A stretch of 64,000 nucleotides of DNA from Hormoscilla sp. (GCA_051439505.1 JBFRWI010000002.1:32001-96000), one strand, 5' to 3'; positions 31,591 through 44,050 are shown, counted from the first letter of the stretch. Program-made: numbers and translations. Notes: a model not told the origin generated them from the sequence alone.

Positions 31591-31875
31591 ATGATCCCGT
31601 TACTAATCAAGGAAAATCTAGTGCAGCCGTTCAAATACTGGAATGAAGGCATCAAAGAAGGGATGGTGAATCATCAAGGTGAATTGTATTCTTATGTGGG
31701 GTCATACCCCTTGAATAGAAGAGCGCAGGCTTATGAGTTAGGATGCGAAATGGCTGAAAAGGGAATGGATATCTGCCTAACTTACTCTCCGTTGGGTTAT
31801 AAAGTATGGATGAAGCTGAAACTTTCTGAAGCTAATCAAACCGATAACCAGTTCGGTAACGTGCAAATAGCATGA
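31591..31875 (+). CDS. Small cyanobacterial hypothetical protein
   Basis: 94 aa; P.L....VQPFKYW...GM...Y.VW pattern; AGGA upstream. Confidence 0.7.
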   Translation: MIPLLIKENLVQPFKYWNEGIKEGMVNHQGELYSYVGSYPLNRRAQAYELGCEMAEKGMDICLTYSPLGYKVWMKLKLSEANQTDNQFGNVQIA

Positions 31876-31911
31876 ATAATTTTAATGAGCGATTGAAAAA
31901 TCTGAGATGCA

Positions 31912-31928
31912 TGTCACTTTCTTGTCAC
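31912..31928 (+). promoter_or_regulatory. TGTCAC-N5-TGTCAC box upstream of the BOF gene
   Basis: TGTCACtttctTGTCAC. Confidence 0.6.
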
Positions 31929-31998
31929 ATTCTGGAGTTAACGTCAGAATAGGACTACCCAAAAATAACTTTTGCCAACTAATTCAGGAACGATAATC

Positions 31999-32352
31999 AT
32001 GAACAAGACAATTGCCATAGCTTTATGTGCAGCTTCTTTTCTGTTGCCAGTTAGCGGAGTGCGAAGTCAAACCCCCATTGGAGATTTGCAGCGCCCTCAT
32101 GGCGTTACTATTTCCGGCACCGTAAAGAGTGTAGTTGGTAATGAGTTTATTCTCCGCGACAGCAGTGGAGAAATTATCGTAGATGCGGGACCGCGCTGGA
32201 GGCAAGAAATTAATCTCACTCCCGGGGAACGAGTGACGGTTGTGGGTGAATACGACGACGATGATTTCGATGCTTATTCTATTTCTCGCAGTAGCGGTGA
32301 AGTCATCCAAATTCGTACCGAGGATGATGATGATCCTTGGGAGGAACGGTAA
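31999..32352 (+). CDS. Secreted single OB-fold protein (YgiW/YdeI/BOF-like)
   Basis: Signal peptide; ISGTV..VVGNEFILRDSSGEIIVDAGP..GERVTVVGEYDDDDFDA. Confidence 0.82.
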   Translation: MNKTIAIALCAASFLLPVSGVRSQTPIGDLQRPHGVTISGTVKSVVGNEFILRDSSGEIIVDAGPRWRQEINLTPGERVTVVGEYDDDDFDAYSISRSSGEVIQIRTEDDDDPWEER

Positions 32353-32613
32353 AAAAGACGCTTCAACTGCTGCCGGGGAAGATGCGATCGCTTTTAATAT
32401 GATTCAACCTGTTGAGAATCAACTTGAGGTTCTACGTAAGCGCCTTGCGCGCTTATCTTCCCTTGCTAGCATCAACCAGAGAGGACAGAACGCTATCTAC
32501 TATCTCCTCTATATATTTGATATCTTGTATCATTCTCAATAAGACCGATTAAGCTGGTTTGGGGGGATGGGACTGTTTCATCCCCTTCTAAATAATTTTC
32601 TAGGCGCTTTCTC

Positions 32614-32678
32614 GCCCGGAAAGCACTAAAGTGCTTACTACTAACTGCCCGGAAAGCACTAAAGTGCTTACTACTAAC
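32614..32678. repeat. 33-bp tandem REP x2 (AAGCACTAAAGTGCTTACTAC)
   Basis: Directly visible just downstream of polA. Confidence 0.9.
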
Positions 32679-32682
32679 GGTT

Positions 32683-35550
32683 CTACTTAGCATCCATCCA
32701 ATTATCGCCTGCATGAATATCAACCACCAGCGGCACGGTTAACTCCACAGCAGATTCCATCGCGGTCTTGATTTCCGATTGTAACACTTCCCACTCCTCT
32801 GGGGGAACTTCAAATACTAATTCATCATGCACTTGTAATAGCAATCTCGCCTGGTACTTCTGTAACCGTTCATCCAGTTTTACCATCGCTATTTTGATGA
32901 TATCCGCACTCGAACCCTGAATGGGCGCATTCGCTGCGGCCCTTAACATCCCAGCATCGTTCCTACCGAGAGCGAAATTAAATTTGTTTAAGTCGATCTC
33001 TTCGGGATCCCTTCCTTTCATCTTCTGCAAGGTTCCATTTTCAAACTCGAAGTAGCGACGCCGCCCTAATATTGTTTCCACATATCCACGGGCGATCGCC
33101 TCCTTCTTCACCCTCTCCAAATAGGCAAACACGCCTGGATAGCGTCGATAAAACCGCTGAATAAATTCTTTTCCTTCTGCGCTTGTCACTCCCGCCGATC
33201 GGGCAAATTTTTGCGCCCCCATGCCGTAAATAACGCCAAAGTTAATCGTCTTACCCACACCTCGTTCCGCTGGCGTTACTGTTTCCTTTTCAAATAGCAG
33301 TCGGGCCGTGACTGTATGAATATCTGCATTTTGCTGGTAAGCCTCAATTAACACCGGTTCCTGACTCAGATGTGCCAAGATCCGCAACTCTATTTGGGAA
33401 TAGTCTGCCGATAGCAACAACCAGTCCTGTTCCGGTAAAAACGCCTTTCTAATTTGCCGCGAAAATTCCGTTCTAATGGGAATATTCTGTAAATTAGGAT
33501 TGGAAGAAGAAAGTCGTCCCGTTCCCGTCACCGTCTGATTGAAATCTGTATGCACCCGCTGGGTATCCCCACGCACCAACTGCGGTAAGGCATCCACATA
33601 TGTTGATTTTAACTTGTCCAGGGTGCGATATTGCCAAATCAGATCGACCACCGGGTGATCCTCTTGCAGTTTTTCCAGGGTAGCGGCGTCAGTAGAATAA
33701 CCCGTCTTAATTTTCCGAGATTTCTTGCTATCTAAACCCAGCTTCTCAAACAGCAACTCACTCACCTGTTTAGGTGAACCCAGGTTGAATTTATCTCCCG
33801 CTTCCCGATATGCTTGTTCTTCAATCTTTGCCAACTCTTTTTGCAACTGTTGCGAGAGTTCCTCCAGGTATTTGCTATCAATCCTGATCCCGGTATATTC
33901 CAGGGCTGCTAGAATTGGTTCTAAAGGCTGTTCTACCTCTAGCAGCAGCTTCTGCAAAGCTGGTACTTGCTGGAGTTTAGCACTCAACTTCTCTACCAAT
34001 TGGAAGGTTGCCTGCAGCTGCTGGCCACAGTAATATGCTACTGTCGGGATATCTACCTCCGCAATTGTTTTCCCCTTTGGCACTACTTCAGAGTAGCTTT
34101 TCATCTTCAGCACCAGATTATTCCTCATTGACAAGTCTTTGAGGTTATGAGGCTTTTCTGGATCTAGGACGTAACTTGCTAGCATGGTGTCAAAACCTAC
34201 CCCTTGCAGTTCTATTCCCTGACATCGCAGGACTAGGCGATCGCCCTTAGCATTCTGGAACGCTTTGGGATAATCTCCACTTTCGAGAATGGGACGCAAA
34301 GCCTCTAGAACCATAGCCATATCCAAATTATCCCCCGTTACGTGATGAATGGGAATATAAGCAACATCATTGGCATCCGTTCCCCAGCAGCAACCTATTC
34401 CTACCAGTTGCGAGTTTCGCGGTTTTAACTCTGTAGTTTCCGTCTTCCAGGCTACCGGTACATCCCTGCAACCTTGCAATTGCTTTACCAATGCCGTTAG
34501 TTTAGCCTCGGTATCAATGATGGGCGGCCCTACATCTTTGTCTTTGTAGAGATCTAGTTCTAATTGCTGCTGGATGCCGCGAGGGCTTTCCTCTGTTCTC
34601 AGTTCCGTTACGGTCCCGCCCAATATCTCTTGTAGCTTCCCAATTTTATCCAAAAACTTCTTGAGTTCTAATTTTAACAGTATCGGTTCTACCCGCCCCA
34701 TGTCAAAACCTGTCAACTGGCAGTCTTCTAGGCTAATTTCTATCGGCACGTCAAGCTTCAACTGGGCCATATACTGGGAATGATAGGCGGAGTCTTTCCC
34801 CTCTGCTAGCTTTTTATTCACGGCTCCTTTAATATTGTCTAAGGCAGCATATATATTGTCGAGACTGCCGTATTCCTTAAGCAGCTTGACCGCCGTCTTT
34901 GCCCCTATCCCTCTGACTCCGGGAATGTTATCGGAACTGTCCCCGCAGAGGGCTTTATAGTCAACTACCTGTGTTGGGGGAATGCCTAATTTCTCTATCA
35001 CTTCCTCTGTTCCGAACTCGGTGGCCCTACTAGATCGCTGGTTGTAACCGCCACCCATGTACAATACCGTGATGTTTTTGGCTTCGTCAACTATCCCGAA
35101 TAAATCCCGATCGCCCGTCAGCACCTTTACCCGATAACCTGCTGCACTCCCCTCTTGCGCTAATGTTGCCAAGACATCATCTGCTTCATATCCCGCACTG
35201 CTTACCAGGGGCATATTTAATGCCTGTAGCAGTTCCTGGAGATTTTCCATGTCTGGGATAAAATCTGCTGGCGTTTCCGCCCGCCCTGCCTTATAGTTAG
35301 CATCTGCCTGGTGCCGGAATGTTGGTTCCGCCCGATCGAATGCTACCGCGATCGCCTGGGGTTGGTGAGATGCGATCGCCTCTAGCATACTATTTAGAAA
35401 ACCAAAGCAGACGCTAGTGGGATTTTTTGTGGAAGTTCTCAGTCCGCCGTTCCTACTTTTAGCAAAAGCATAGTAAGAACGGAAGGCTAAGGAGTGACCA
35501 TCTATTAACAGCAACAGGGGCGGACCCTTCATCTCGGTGGAGTTTGACAT
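32683..35550 (-). CDS. polA: DNA polymerase I
   Basis: 5'-3' exonuclease IDGHSLAFRSYYA; motifs DYSQIELR, KTINFGVIYG, QVHDELVFE. Confidence 0.97.
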   Translation of the reverse strand: MSNSTEMKGPPLLLLIDGHSLAFRSYYAFAKSRNGGLRTSTKNPTSVCFGFLNSMLEAIASHQPQAIAVAFDRAEPTFRHQADANYKAGRAETPADFIPDMENLQELLQALNMPLVSSAGYEADDVLATLAQEGSAAGYRVKVLTGDRDLFGIVDEAKNITVLYMGGGYNQRSSRATEFGTEEVIEKLGIPPTQVVDYKALCGDSSDNIPGVRGIGAKTAVKLLKEYGSLDNIYAALDNIKGAVNKKLAEGKDSAYHSQYMAQLKLDVPIEISLEDCQLTGFDMGRVEPILLKLELKKFLDKIGKLQEILGGTVTELRTEESPRGIQQQLELDLYKDKDVGPPIIDTEAKLTALVKQLQGCRDVPVAWKTETTELKPRNSQLVGIGCCWGTDANDVAYIPIHHVTGDNLDMAMVLEALRPILESGDYPKAFQNAKGDRLVLRCQGIELQGVGFDTMLASYVLDPEKPHNLKDLSMRNNLVLKMKSYSEVVPKGKTIAEVDIPTVAYYCGQQLQATFQLVEKLSAKLQQVPALQKLLLEVEQPLEPILAALEYTGIRIDSKYLEELSQQLQKELAKIEEQAYREAGDKFNLGSPKQVSELLFEKLGLDSKKSRKIKTGYSTDAATLEKLQEDHPVVDLIWQYRTLDKLKSTYVDALPQLVRGDTQRVHTDFNQTVTGTGRLSSSNPNLQNIPIRTEFSRQIRKAFLPEQDWLLLSADYSQIELRILAHLSQEPVLIEAYQQNADIHTVTARLLFEKETVTPAERGVGKTINFGVIYGMGAQKFARSAGVTSAEGKEFIQRFYRRYPGVFAYLERVKKEAIARGYVETILGRRRYFEFENGTLQKMKGRDPEEIDLNKFNFALGRNDAGMLRAAANAPIQGSSADIIKIAMVKLDERLQKYQARLLLQVHDELVFEVPPEEWEVLQSEIKTAMESAVELTVPLVVDIHAGDNWMDAK

Positions 35551-35845
35551 CGTTTTCTCTGGCTGGGTTGGTTGCTTTTCCTGCCCGGTATTCTAACATG
35601 CGATCGTCATCCTGCGGCAACCTGCCGTTATCGGGGGTGTGGTCATAATTAATTGATAGTCGGGTGCATCGCCCGATACATATATAGCCCGCGCAGGCGG
35701 GCTTAGTTCGAGTAGCCGGACCCTTTAGGGTTCGGGGCGGACGCTCTTTTCGACGATGATCTGGCTCCGATCGCAGCAGGAGTATGGCTGGGTGCATTAT
35801 ATAATTAACAAAGACAAGCAGACCTTAAGAAATATTACAGAGTAG

Positions 35846-37234
<1,389 letters not shown>

Positions 37235-37350
37235 CTGATGACATTGGATGCCTGTCCGACAAGGGTGTGGTCAAAAAACAGTTGGTTGTTGTTGACCACA
37301 CCCGCGAAGGGTGGGCGGTGCCCACCCTACGAATGCAACTGAAGCAGTAA

Positions 37351-38268
37351 ATGAACTCACCTGGCATGAGAAAGCTGGTATCTCTAGAGGAAGCCTATGA
37401 AATCTGTCGTCAGATGACGGCCAAGTACGCGAAGACGTTTTATCTGGGTACGTTATTGATGCCAGAAGCCAAGCGTCGGGCAATTTGGGCGATCTACGCT
37501 TGGTGTCGGCGCACGGATGAACTGGTAGATGGCAGCGATGCCGTGATGACGACGCCGGAAACCCTTGATGGATGGGAAAAACAGCTGGAAGGGGTCTTTG
37601 CAGGGGAAGCGATCGATGATTGTGACCTAGCGTTGGTGGATACCCTGGAAAAATTCCCCTTGGAGATTCAGCCCTTTCGAGACATGATTGCCGGTCAGCG
37701 CATGGACCTGTACCGGAGTCGTTACGAGACCTTTGAGGAGTTATATTTGTATTGCTATCGGGTGGCGGGTACGGTAGGCTTGATGTCTACCACTGTTATG
37801 GGTGTGGATACTTCGGGCTACGCGGCACCCTGGCAGCGCAACTCTCAACCCTATATTCCTATTAAAGAGGCGATCGCCCTCGGGATAGCAAACCAGCTGA
37901 CAAATATCCTGCGAGATGTGGGGGAGGACGCCCACCGGGGCCGCATTTATCTGCCGGAAGAAGATTTAGCTCGGTTTAATTATACCGAGAAGGATTTATT
38001 GAATGGAGTCGTAGACGAGCGCTGGCGCCAGTTCATGCAGTTCCAAATCGAACGGGCCCGCGAGTTCTTCACTCAAGCAGAAACGGGTCTGCGTTTCCTG
38101 ATTCCCGACGCGAAATGGCCAGTCTGGTCCGCTTTGATGCTTTATCAGCAGATTTTAGATGCGATCGAGCGCAACCAGTACGATGTCTTTAGTAAAAGAG
38201 CCTATGTTTCTACCCCCCGCAAGTTCCTGAGTTTGCCCGTTGCCTGGTTGCGGGCCCAAGCACTTTAA
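37351..38268 (+). CDS. crtB: Phytoene synthase
   Basis: YAKTFYLGT, CRRTDELVD, NQLTNILRDVGED; follows pds. Confidence 0.96.
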   Translation: MNSPGMRKLVSLEEAYEICRQMTAKYAKTFYLGTLLMPEAKRRAIWAIYAWCRRTDELVDGSDAVMTTPETLDGWEKQLEGVFAGEAIDDCDLALVDTLEKFPLEIQPFRDMIAGQRMDLYRSRYETFEELYLYCYRVAGTVGLMSTTVMGVDTSGYAAPWQRNSQPYIPIKEAIALGIANQLTNILRDVGEDAHRGRIYLPEEDLARFNYTEKDLLNGVVDERWRQFMQFQIERAREFFTQAETGLRFLIPDAKWPVWSALMLYQQILDAIERNQYDVFSKRAYVSTPRKFLSLPVAWLRAQAL

Positions 38269-38523
38269 TTGGCGATTGCTAATTGCTAATTGCTAATTGC
38301 TAATTGCGAGTTGGGAAGTAGGGTGGGCACCGCCCACCAAATGCGCTCGGTGTTATTGATAAGTAGGGTGGGCACCGCCCACCAAGTGCGCTCGGTGTTG
38401 ACGATCTGAAGCCAAGATTGTCAATGCGATCGAACGCAAGCATTATTGTTACATTGTTATAACCATGACTTCACTATAAGTTATACGCTTTCATAAGTTA
38501 TAGATCTTGGCAATTCACAATTT

Positions 38524-40974
38524 TCAATGAGCGATCGGGATTTTAATAATAAACTCCGTACCCTTTCCCGGTGACGAAATGCAGTTGAGTTTACCCCCAT
38601 GTTTATCTACTATAATTTGATAGCTAATAGATAGCCCCAAACCCGTACCAGAACCTACGGGTTTGGTAGTGAAAAAGGGATCGAAGATCTTATTTAAAAC
38701 ATCGGTAGTCATGCCAGGACCATTGTCGGCAATGCGCGCGATCGCCCATTTTTTGTCCCGCAGTTCCGTGCGGATCGTAATAGTAGGCGATCTGTCCTTT
38801 CGATCCCCCTGAGAATGTAAAGCATCGATCGCATTCCCGATAATATGCATAAACACTTGATTGAGCTGACTGGGATAGCAGTTAATTTCTGGCAGTAACC
38901 CATATTCTTTAATCACTTCAATTTCAACTTTACCATCCTTGGGTTTAAGTTTATGGTGTAAAATTAGGAGAGTGTTATCGATACCTTCATGCAGATTGGC
39001 GTGCTTCATGTCTGATTCATCTAGACGCGAGAAGTTTCGCAAAGAGAGGACAATAGCCCGGATGCGATCGGCCCCCATCTGCATCGAATATAACAGTTTC
39101 GGAAAGTCTTCTTTAATATATTCTAAATCTATTGCTTCTGCTGACGCTGCTATTTCCGAGTCAGGTTCTGGATAATGTAGCTGATATAATTCCAGCAAAT
39201 TCATCAAGTCAGCAGCATATTCTTTAGCAGGAGTAATGTTACCATAGATGAAGCTCGTAGGATTATTGATTTCATGGGCAATACCAGCCACCATCTGCCC
39301 CAAAGAAGCCATTTTCTCACTCTGAATTAACTGGGCCTGGGTTTGCTGCAACTTGCGCAAGGCCCCTTCCACTGTTTCCTTCGCTTTGCGCAGTTCTTCG
39401 GCCTGCTTCTGCTCCGTGACATCAATGCCGATACTGATAATATAATTAATTTCTCCCTCACTATTCTGGAGAGCCGTGTTCGACCAGGAAATTAGCCGCC
39501 GATCGCCATCTTTTGTCAGCCAGTAGTTTTCATACTCACTCCCAAAAGTGCCTACTTGTAGATCCTCAAAGACTGCCATTACCGCCTCCGTTTCTTCGGG
39601 AACTAAAAAGAAATCCCAGAAATGCCGATCTCGAACTTCACTAAATGAGTAACCCGTGGTACGCTCACAGGTATGGTTAAAGCGGATTATTCTCCCCTGC
39701 AAGTCTAGCACCACAATTAAAGCACCAGCGGTCTCGATCACCGCTGAGGCGAAGTTGCGCTCTTCCTTTACTTCTGCAATTAGCTGGCGTAGCTGCAATG
39801 TCATCTCATTAAAGGTGTTTGCTAGCACCCACATTTCGTTGCGCTCTTCAATCTGGACCTGGATATCTAGGTCGCCGCTGCTAATGTCGATCGCGGCGGC
39901 GGTTAAGCGCTGCAAGGGCGATACAATTTTATAGGAGAAGAAGATGCCCAAGGCTCCAGCTACAAGGATCACGAAAACCAGGGTGAGCAGTATGATGCCG
40001 ATCGCCTGACGCACTGGCCCGTAGACTTCTGTTACGGGCAACTCCACGATGACTCTCCAGTTGACCCTAGGCACGGGCGCGATCGCCCCCAGCACTTCCA
40101 CTCCCCTTAACCCCTGATATTTCCTCACAGTCTGCTGGCCAGTTAGCATTCCCTTGGTTAAATCCAGAATAAACTCCCGGGCTGAGAGGTCTTGTAGCTG
40201 GGCAGTTTCCGGAGAACTTCCTTTTTGGGCAATTAACTGCAAGCGGTTATCAATGATGTAAGCATAACCCGTAGATCCCAAATCCGCTTGGGAGACCACA
40301 AACCAGAGAAATTCCAGATTAATCCTGGCCACCAAGACCCCATCTACAAGATCGCGATCGTTGCGTACTGGCACTGCCAGATTTACCACGTGCAACCCTA
40401 AAACCGGATCTATTTCTACGGGGCTGACATAATCTTCCTGGTGCTGGAATGGTCGTAAAAACAGAGGCGAATCAGCCCCGACATTTAGGGATAAATTATC
40501 ATGGGGCGAAGCTGAGGCCACCACCTCACCCCTGGGGTTTAATAGGGCGACAATTTCATAGGCTTCGTTGTGACGAGTCATAGCTTCGAGTAACTTCTGC
40601 TGCGCTGTACCGGACAGCTCCGTCAAGCCTCGTACTAAGGCCAAATAGTTGAGTTTTCCCTGTAAGTCATCTAGGTAAACCTCTATCTCATGGGCCGCTG
40701 ACTTGCTTCTTTCCTCTTGCAAGCGGATCGACTGTTGCCACTGAGTCTGGAAACTGACTCTCGTCAGCAGTCCCCCGGCGAGCAGGGAGCTGAACACTGC
40801 TAGCAACAGGAAACTGGTTCTTAACTGGTTCGCGATTTTCAATCTTGGAAGCTCTCCGGTAGTGCAATCTGAGGGCGATACATCAATTTTGCCACTAATG
40901 ATGTCTCGTGTAACTGCCTTGAGAGTAGCTTCTTGTTCTGGGTCAGATTCCAATACTTCGTAGGTTTTGCACAA
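38524..40974 (-). CDS. Cache-HAMP-PAS sensor histidine kinase
   Basis: Two TMs, Cache-like periplasmic region, HAMP ([18 protein letters not shown]), PAS, AHEINNP; true start may be TTG at 40842. Confidence 0.88.
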   Translation of the reverse strand: MCKTYEVLESDPEQEATLKAVTRDIISGKIDVSPSDCTTGELPRLKIANQLRTSFLLLAVFSSLLAGGLLTRVSFQTQWQQSIRLQEERSKSAAHEIEVYLDDLQGKLNYLALVRGLTELSGTAQQKLLEAMTRHNEAYEIVALLNPRGEVVASASPHDNLSLNVGADSPLFLRPFQHQEDYVSPVEIDPVLGLHVVNLAVPVRNDRDLVDGVLVARINLEFLWFVVSQADLGSTGYAYIIDNRLQLIAQKGSSPETAQLQDLSAREFILDLTKGMLTGQQTVRKYQGLRGVEVLGAIAPVPRVNWRVIVELPVTEVYGPVRQAIGIILLTLVFVILVAGALGIFFSYKIVSPLQRLTAAAIDISSGDLDIQVQIEERNEMWVLANTFNEMTLQLRQLIAEVKEERNFASAVIETAGALIVVLDLQGRIIRFNHTCERTTGYSFSEVRDRHFWDFFLVPEETEAVMAVFEDLQVGTFGSEYENYWLTKDGDRRLISWSNTALQNSEGEINYIISIGIDVTEQKQAEELRKAKETVEGALRKLQQTQAQLIQSEKMASLGQMVAGIAHEINNPTSFIYGNITPAKEYAADLMNLLELYQLHYPEPDSEIAASAEAIDLEYIKEDFPKLLYSMQMGADRIRAIVLSLRNFSRLDESDMKHANLHEGIDNTLLILHHKLKPKDGKVEIEVIKEYGLLPEINCYPSQLNQVFMHIIGNAIDALHSQGDRKDRSPTITIRTELRDKKWAIARIADNGPGMTTDVLNKIFDPFFTTKPVGSGTGLGLSISYQIIVDKHGGKLNCISSPGKGTEFIIKIPIAH

Positions 40975-40987
40975 CGGCGTGGATATT

Positions 40988-41173
40988 TGTCATTGCGAGG
41001 GGGGATACTCCGCGATTAACTTATGCACCAATTGAGTTAACCCCCCCGAAGCAATCCCCCCGTCCGTATGAGATGAAGATCACTTCGGCGTCGGAGGTGA
41101 GATTGCTTCGGGGGGGGGGATAAAGGCGGAGATACCTAAATTATCGGTTTCGGTTTCCCCCCTCGCAATGACA
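40988..41173. repeat. GTCATTGCGA-family REP/MITE element
   Basis: TGTCATTGCGAGGGGGG...CCCCCCTCGCAATGACA with internal CGAAGCAATC/GATTGCTTCG. Confidence 0.85.
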
Positions 41174-41240
41174 GCTTGTATCCCTTGAAGTATTGGGTTA
41201 GATTCCCCCGAAATTGATTTTGTGACAGCGATGGTCGCCC

Positions 41241-41273
41241 AGAAACCCGGTTTTTACAGAAAACCGGGTTTCT
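41241..41273. repeat. AGAAACCCGGTTT..AAACCGGGTTTCT palindrome
   Basis: Related pair at 60216-60282. Confidence 0.75.
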
Positions 41274-41292
41274 TAATTCTGCTCGCTGAAAA

Positions 41293-42351
41293 TCAGCGTT
41301 TGCTGTGGTTGCGTATGGATTTATGGATCTTCTTCCACTTTTCCTTTTCCACTAAAGCAGCGTTCTTGTCTTGGCGATCTCCCAGATGCTTCAACTCTTT
41401 TTGCAGCTTTTTATAGCTCAAAAAGCGCTTGAGTTCCAGCATTCCCTCCTGGATAGCTTCTTGGACTGCACATCCGGGTTCGCGATCGTGCTGACAATCC
41501 CGAAAACGACATGCTTGGGCCAGGGTTTCGATATCCGCAAAGGTATCTTCCAACCCAACATCTTGGGCCCAAATTTGGATTTCCCGCATTCCCGGCGTAT
41601 CGATCAGCAAACCACCCGATGGTAACTTTATCAATTCCCGATGGGTTGTCGTATGGCGTCCCCGATCGTCCCCTTTTCTCACTCCTTGCACCTTTTGCAG
41701 CATTTTCCCGGTTAATTGATTGGCGATCGTGGACTTTCCGACCCCCGAAGACCCCAGCAATGCTACGGTCTGTCCCGGTTGCAGGTAAGAAAGCAGTCCA
41801 TCCAATCCTTGTTGGTTAACTGCGCTTAAGGTAATTATCGGCACCAGAGGGGCGATCGCCTCTACTGCCAGTATCCGTTCGTCAACATCTGAGCACAAAT
41901 CAGCCTTATTCAAAATAATGACAGGATTAGCGCCACTTTCCCAAGTTAGAATCAGATAGCGTTCGATCCTCCTGAGATTAAAATCCCCATCCAATCCCGA
42001 CAGCAAAAAGACAGTGTCAATGTTCGTCGCCACAATTTGCGCTGCTGTTTTCGCACCCGCCGTTTTCCGACTAAATTTGCTTTGGCGGGGCAAAACATCA
42101 TGGATGGTTGCCGTTTTTTCCTCTGGGACATTAATAACGACCCAATCTCCTACCGCTGGCAAATCCTCCTGACCGGATGCTTGGTATCGCAGTTTCCCAG
42201 TCACCTTTGCCGACAGTTCTCCAAACTCACTGTAGACAATGTAACTGTTTTTGTGTTCCCGGGCAACTCTCGCCGCCGCGTATCCTGCTTGTTGGTAGCT
42301 TTCAAAACTTGCGGCAAAAAAACTTTTCCAACCTAATTCCTCTAGGTTCAT
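41293..42351 (-). CDS. rsgA: Ribosome small subunit-dependent GTPase A
   Basis: [42 protein letters not shown]. Confidence 0.95.
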   Translation of the reverse strand: MNLEELGWKSFFAASFESYQQAGYAAARVAREHKNSYIVYSEFGELSAKVTGKLRYQASGQEDLPAVGDWVVINVPEEKTATIHDVLPRQSKFSRKTAGAKTAAQIVATNIDTVFLLSGLDGDFNLRRIERYLILTWESGANPVIILNKADLCSDVDERILAVEAIAPLVPIITLSAVNQQGLDGLLSYLQPGQTVALLGSSGVGKSTIANQLTGKMLQKVQGVRKGDDRGRHTTTHRELIKLPSGGLLIDTPGMREIQIWAQDVGLEDTFADIETLAQACRFRDCQHDREPGCAVQEAIQEGMLELKRFLSYKKLQKELKHLGDRQDKNAALVEKEKWKKIHKSIRNHSKR

Positions 42352-42527
42352 TGAAGTTTCCTCTAGGTAATTGCTTGTAACGGCAACACTCACAGAGGAA
42401 AGCGCGCTTTGCGCTTACTACAAACGGCGCTCAAGCGCTTGCAAACCTGTTATCGCCTCTGTGAGGTGCGCGGGTTGTTGCTTGACCATCCGAACAGCAT
42501 ACTAAAAAACTGGTAATTTCCGGAAAA

Positions 42528-43793
42528 TCATCCCCATTTATACGCATATCCATCTCTTCTGAAGATAGGTTTTAGGTCTATTGGCTTGACTGACTTCTGG
42601 GTTTTGTCAGGTTTGGTCAACATAAAACTACCGCGACTTCTGGGAGTAATTCTACCTATTCCATGAACTTTATGCTTGGCAATATCGCCAGTTTGCCATC
42701 CCTTGATGGGCTTTAATGGATTGTGACGGATTGGATATCCGTACTTGTTAAGAGCAGCTTTTTGACGACCTCCACGCCCCTTGCAAGTAATGAGTAGTGG
42801 CCGAGTAGTTGCGATTTTTAACATGGGTGTACTTCTTCCCACACAAGCTGCATCGAGCCAATGAGTTTTGGGCAATCCTTGAAGAGTTCGGTTGTATTTT
42901 GTCAAACCACCCGTGCCAGTTTCAATGGCTAATCCAGTTTCCTTAAGGCGGTTAAACAATGCCCATCGGGTAGAGTTGACTGCCGCTGCATCTTTTAGGG
43001 GGGCTTTTGCTTGCGCTAGCAACCGCTTCAAAACTTCCGGCTTCTTTTTTAGGAATTGCTCGACAGCAGAGGCTGCTTTTTTCTGGTTGCATTTATGGCA
43101 AGCGATAGCCAGATTGCTAACTCGGTCGGAACCTCCCTTACTCTTGGGATGAATGTGTTCGATTTCTAACGGGACTTCTTTGGCACCGCAGTAGGCACAC
43201 TGGTGTCGCCATTTGGTCAAGAGATATTCCCTCAACTCGTATCCAAACAAGACTCCATGCTGGTACTCAACCCCTGATATCTCAGGGTTTTGCAGCTTTT
43301 GTGTGTCAAACCGCACTAGCTCCATTGAGATGTCCGTTATCGGGCAATACTTCCGCAGGCGCTTGACCCAGGTCATGACAGTTTCAACTCGATGTTGCAG
43401 GCTGGGAGCTAGCCATCCAAGGGGGCGCTTCCTGTTATTGAATCTCCCAGGACGATAACGAGTCTTACGGTTACGACGATTGCGACGAACAGCGCGACGG
43501 TCTGCTAACTTTTTCTTGATCGAGTCGCCTCTGTGAGTCAATTCCGCTGCCCATACAACTGTACCAGTCTTCTCATTCACTAGCACAATACCAGTCACTT
43601 TAGCTCCTGGGTCTAACTTAATCCGATGAGGTTCTAAGCCTGGATCTTCAACAGTTCTTCTGAGGATAATCGTAAACGGATAGGTTCTGAAAACCGCAGC
43701 CTTGCCCTGCTTTAAGAGCTTTCGCGCCCTGGCAGGGTGAATAGGATTGAGCCGCTGCTTGTTGGCATCTAAAACGAAAACACAATTTTGCAT
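42528..43793 (-). CDS. iscB: RNA-guided endonuclease IscB (IS200/IS605 OMEGA)
   Basis: PLMP-like N-terminus, RuvC-I LDPG, RRXRR bridge helix, RuvC-II ELVRFD, HNH (EHIHP..GG..SNL..C..CN), RuvC-III HWLDA. Confidence 0.95.
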   Translation of the reverse strand: MQNCVFVLDANKQRLNPIHPARARKLLKQGKAAVFRTYPFTIILRRTVEDPGLEPHRIKLDPGAKVTGIVLVNEKTGTVVWAAELTHRGDSIKKKLADRRAVRRNRRNRKTRYRPGRFNNRKRPLGWLAPSLQHRVETVMTWVKRLRKYCPITDISMELVRFDTQKLQNPEISGVEYQHGVLFGYELREYLLTKWRHQCAYCGAKEVPLEIEHIHPKSKGGSDRVSNLAIACHKCNQKKAASAVEQFLKKKPEVLKRLLAQAKAPLKDAAAVNSTRWALFNRLKETGLAIETGTGGLTKYNRTLQGLPKTHWLDAACVGRSTPMLKIATTRPLLITCKGRGGRQKAALNKYGYPIRHNPLKPIKGWQTGDIAKHKVHGIGRITPRSRGSFMLTKPDKTQKSVKPIDLKPIFRRDGYAYKWG

Positions 43794-43799
43794 TTAAGC

Positions 43800-44050
43800 A
43801 ACTCCCAAAAAAGGGGTAAAGTTTGCCTCGGTCATGTTAAGGGTGCTTTTTACATCTAACTCACGCGGTCCTACAAAATCCATTCGTTCCGTTCCTTAAA
43901 GCTAGACGACAGAGCTACGAGCTGGCGCTCACCCGTAGGTATCATGACTCCCCTAACGTAGGTCTGATCCTGGACCTGCATCTTGCATCTTCCCGAGGGA
44001 GATAATTCCAACAAAGGTCAGAAATTACCGGATTTTATGCAAGAGCTACC
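43800..44050 (-). ncRNA. omega RNA / HEARO RNA scaffold upstream of iscB
   Basis: Minus strand carries HEARO-like blocks CCAG..CTACGTT..GTCATGATACC..GGTG..CCAG..CTCTG..TTAA..AACATGACCGAGGCAAACTTTACC; 5' boundary uncertain. Confidence 0.8.

Noticed and set aside
37333..37350. In-frame MQLKQ* just before crtB as a regulatory uORF or N-terminal nonsense mutation
   Set aside because: Too short to distinguish from chance; crtB appears complete from 37351.
42528..43793. Cas9 or TnpB
   Set aside because: The size, PLMP-like N-terminus and HNH inserted within RuvC identify IscB; there is no CRISPR array.
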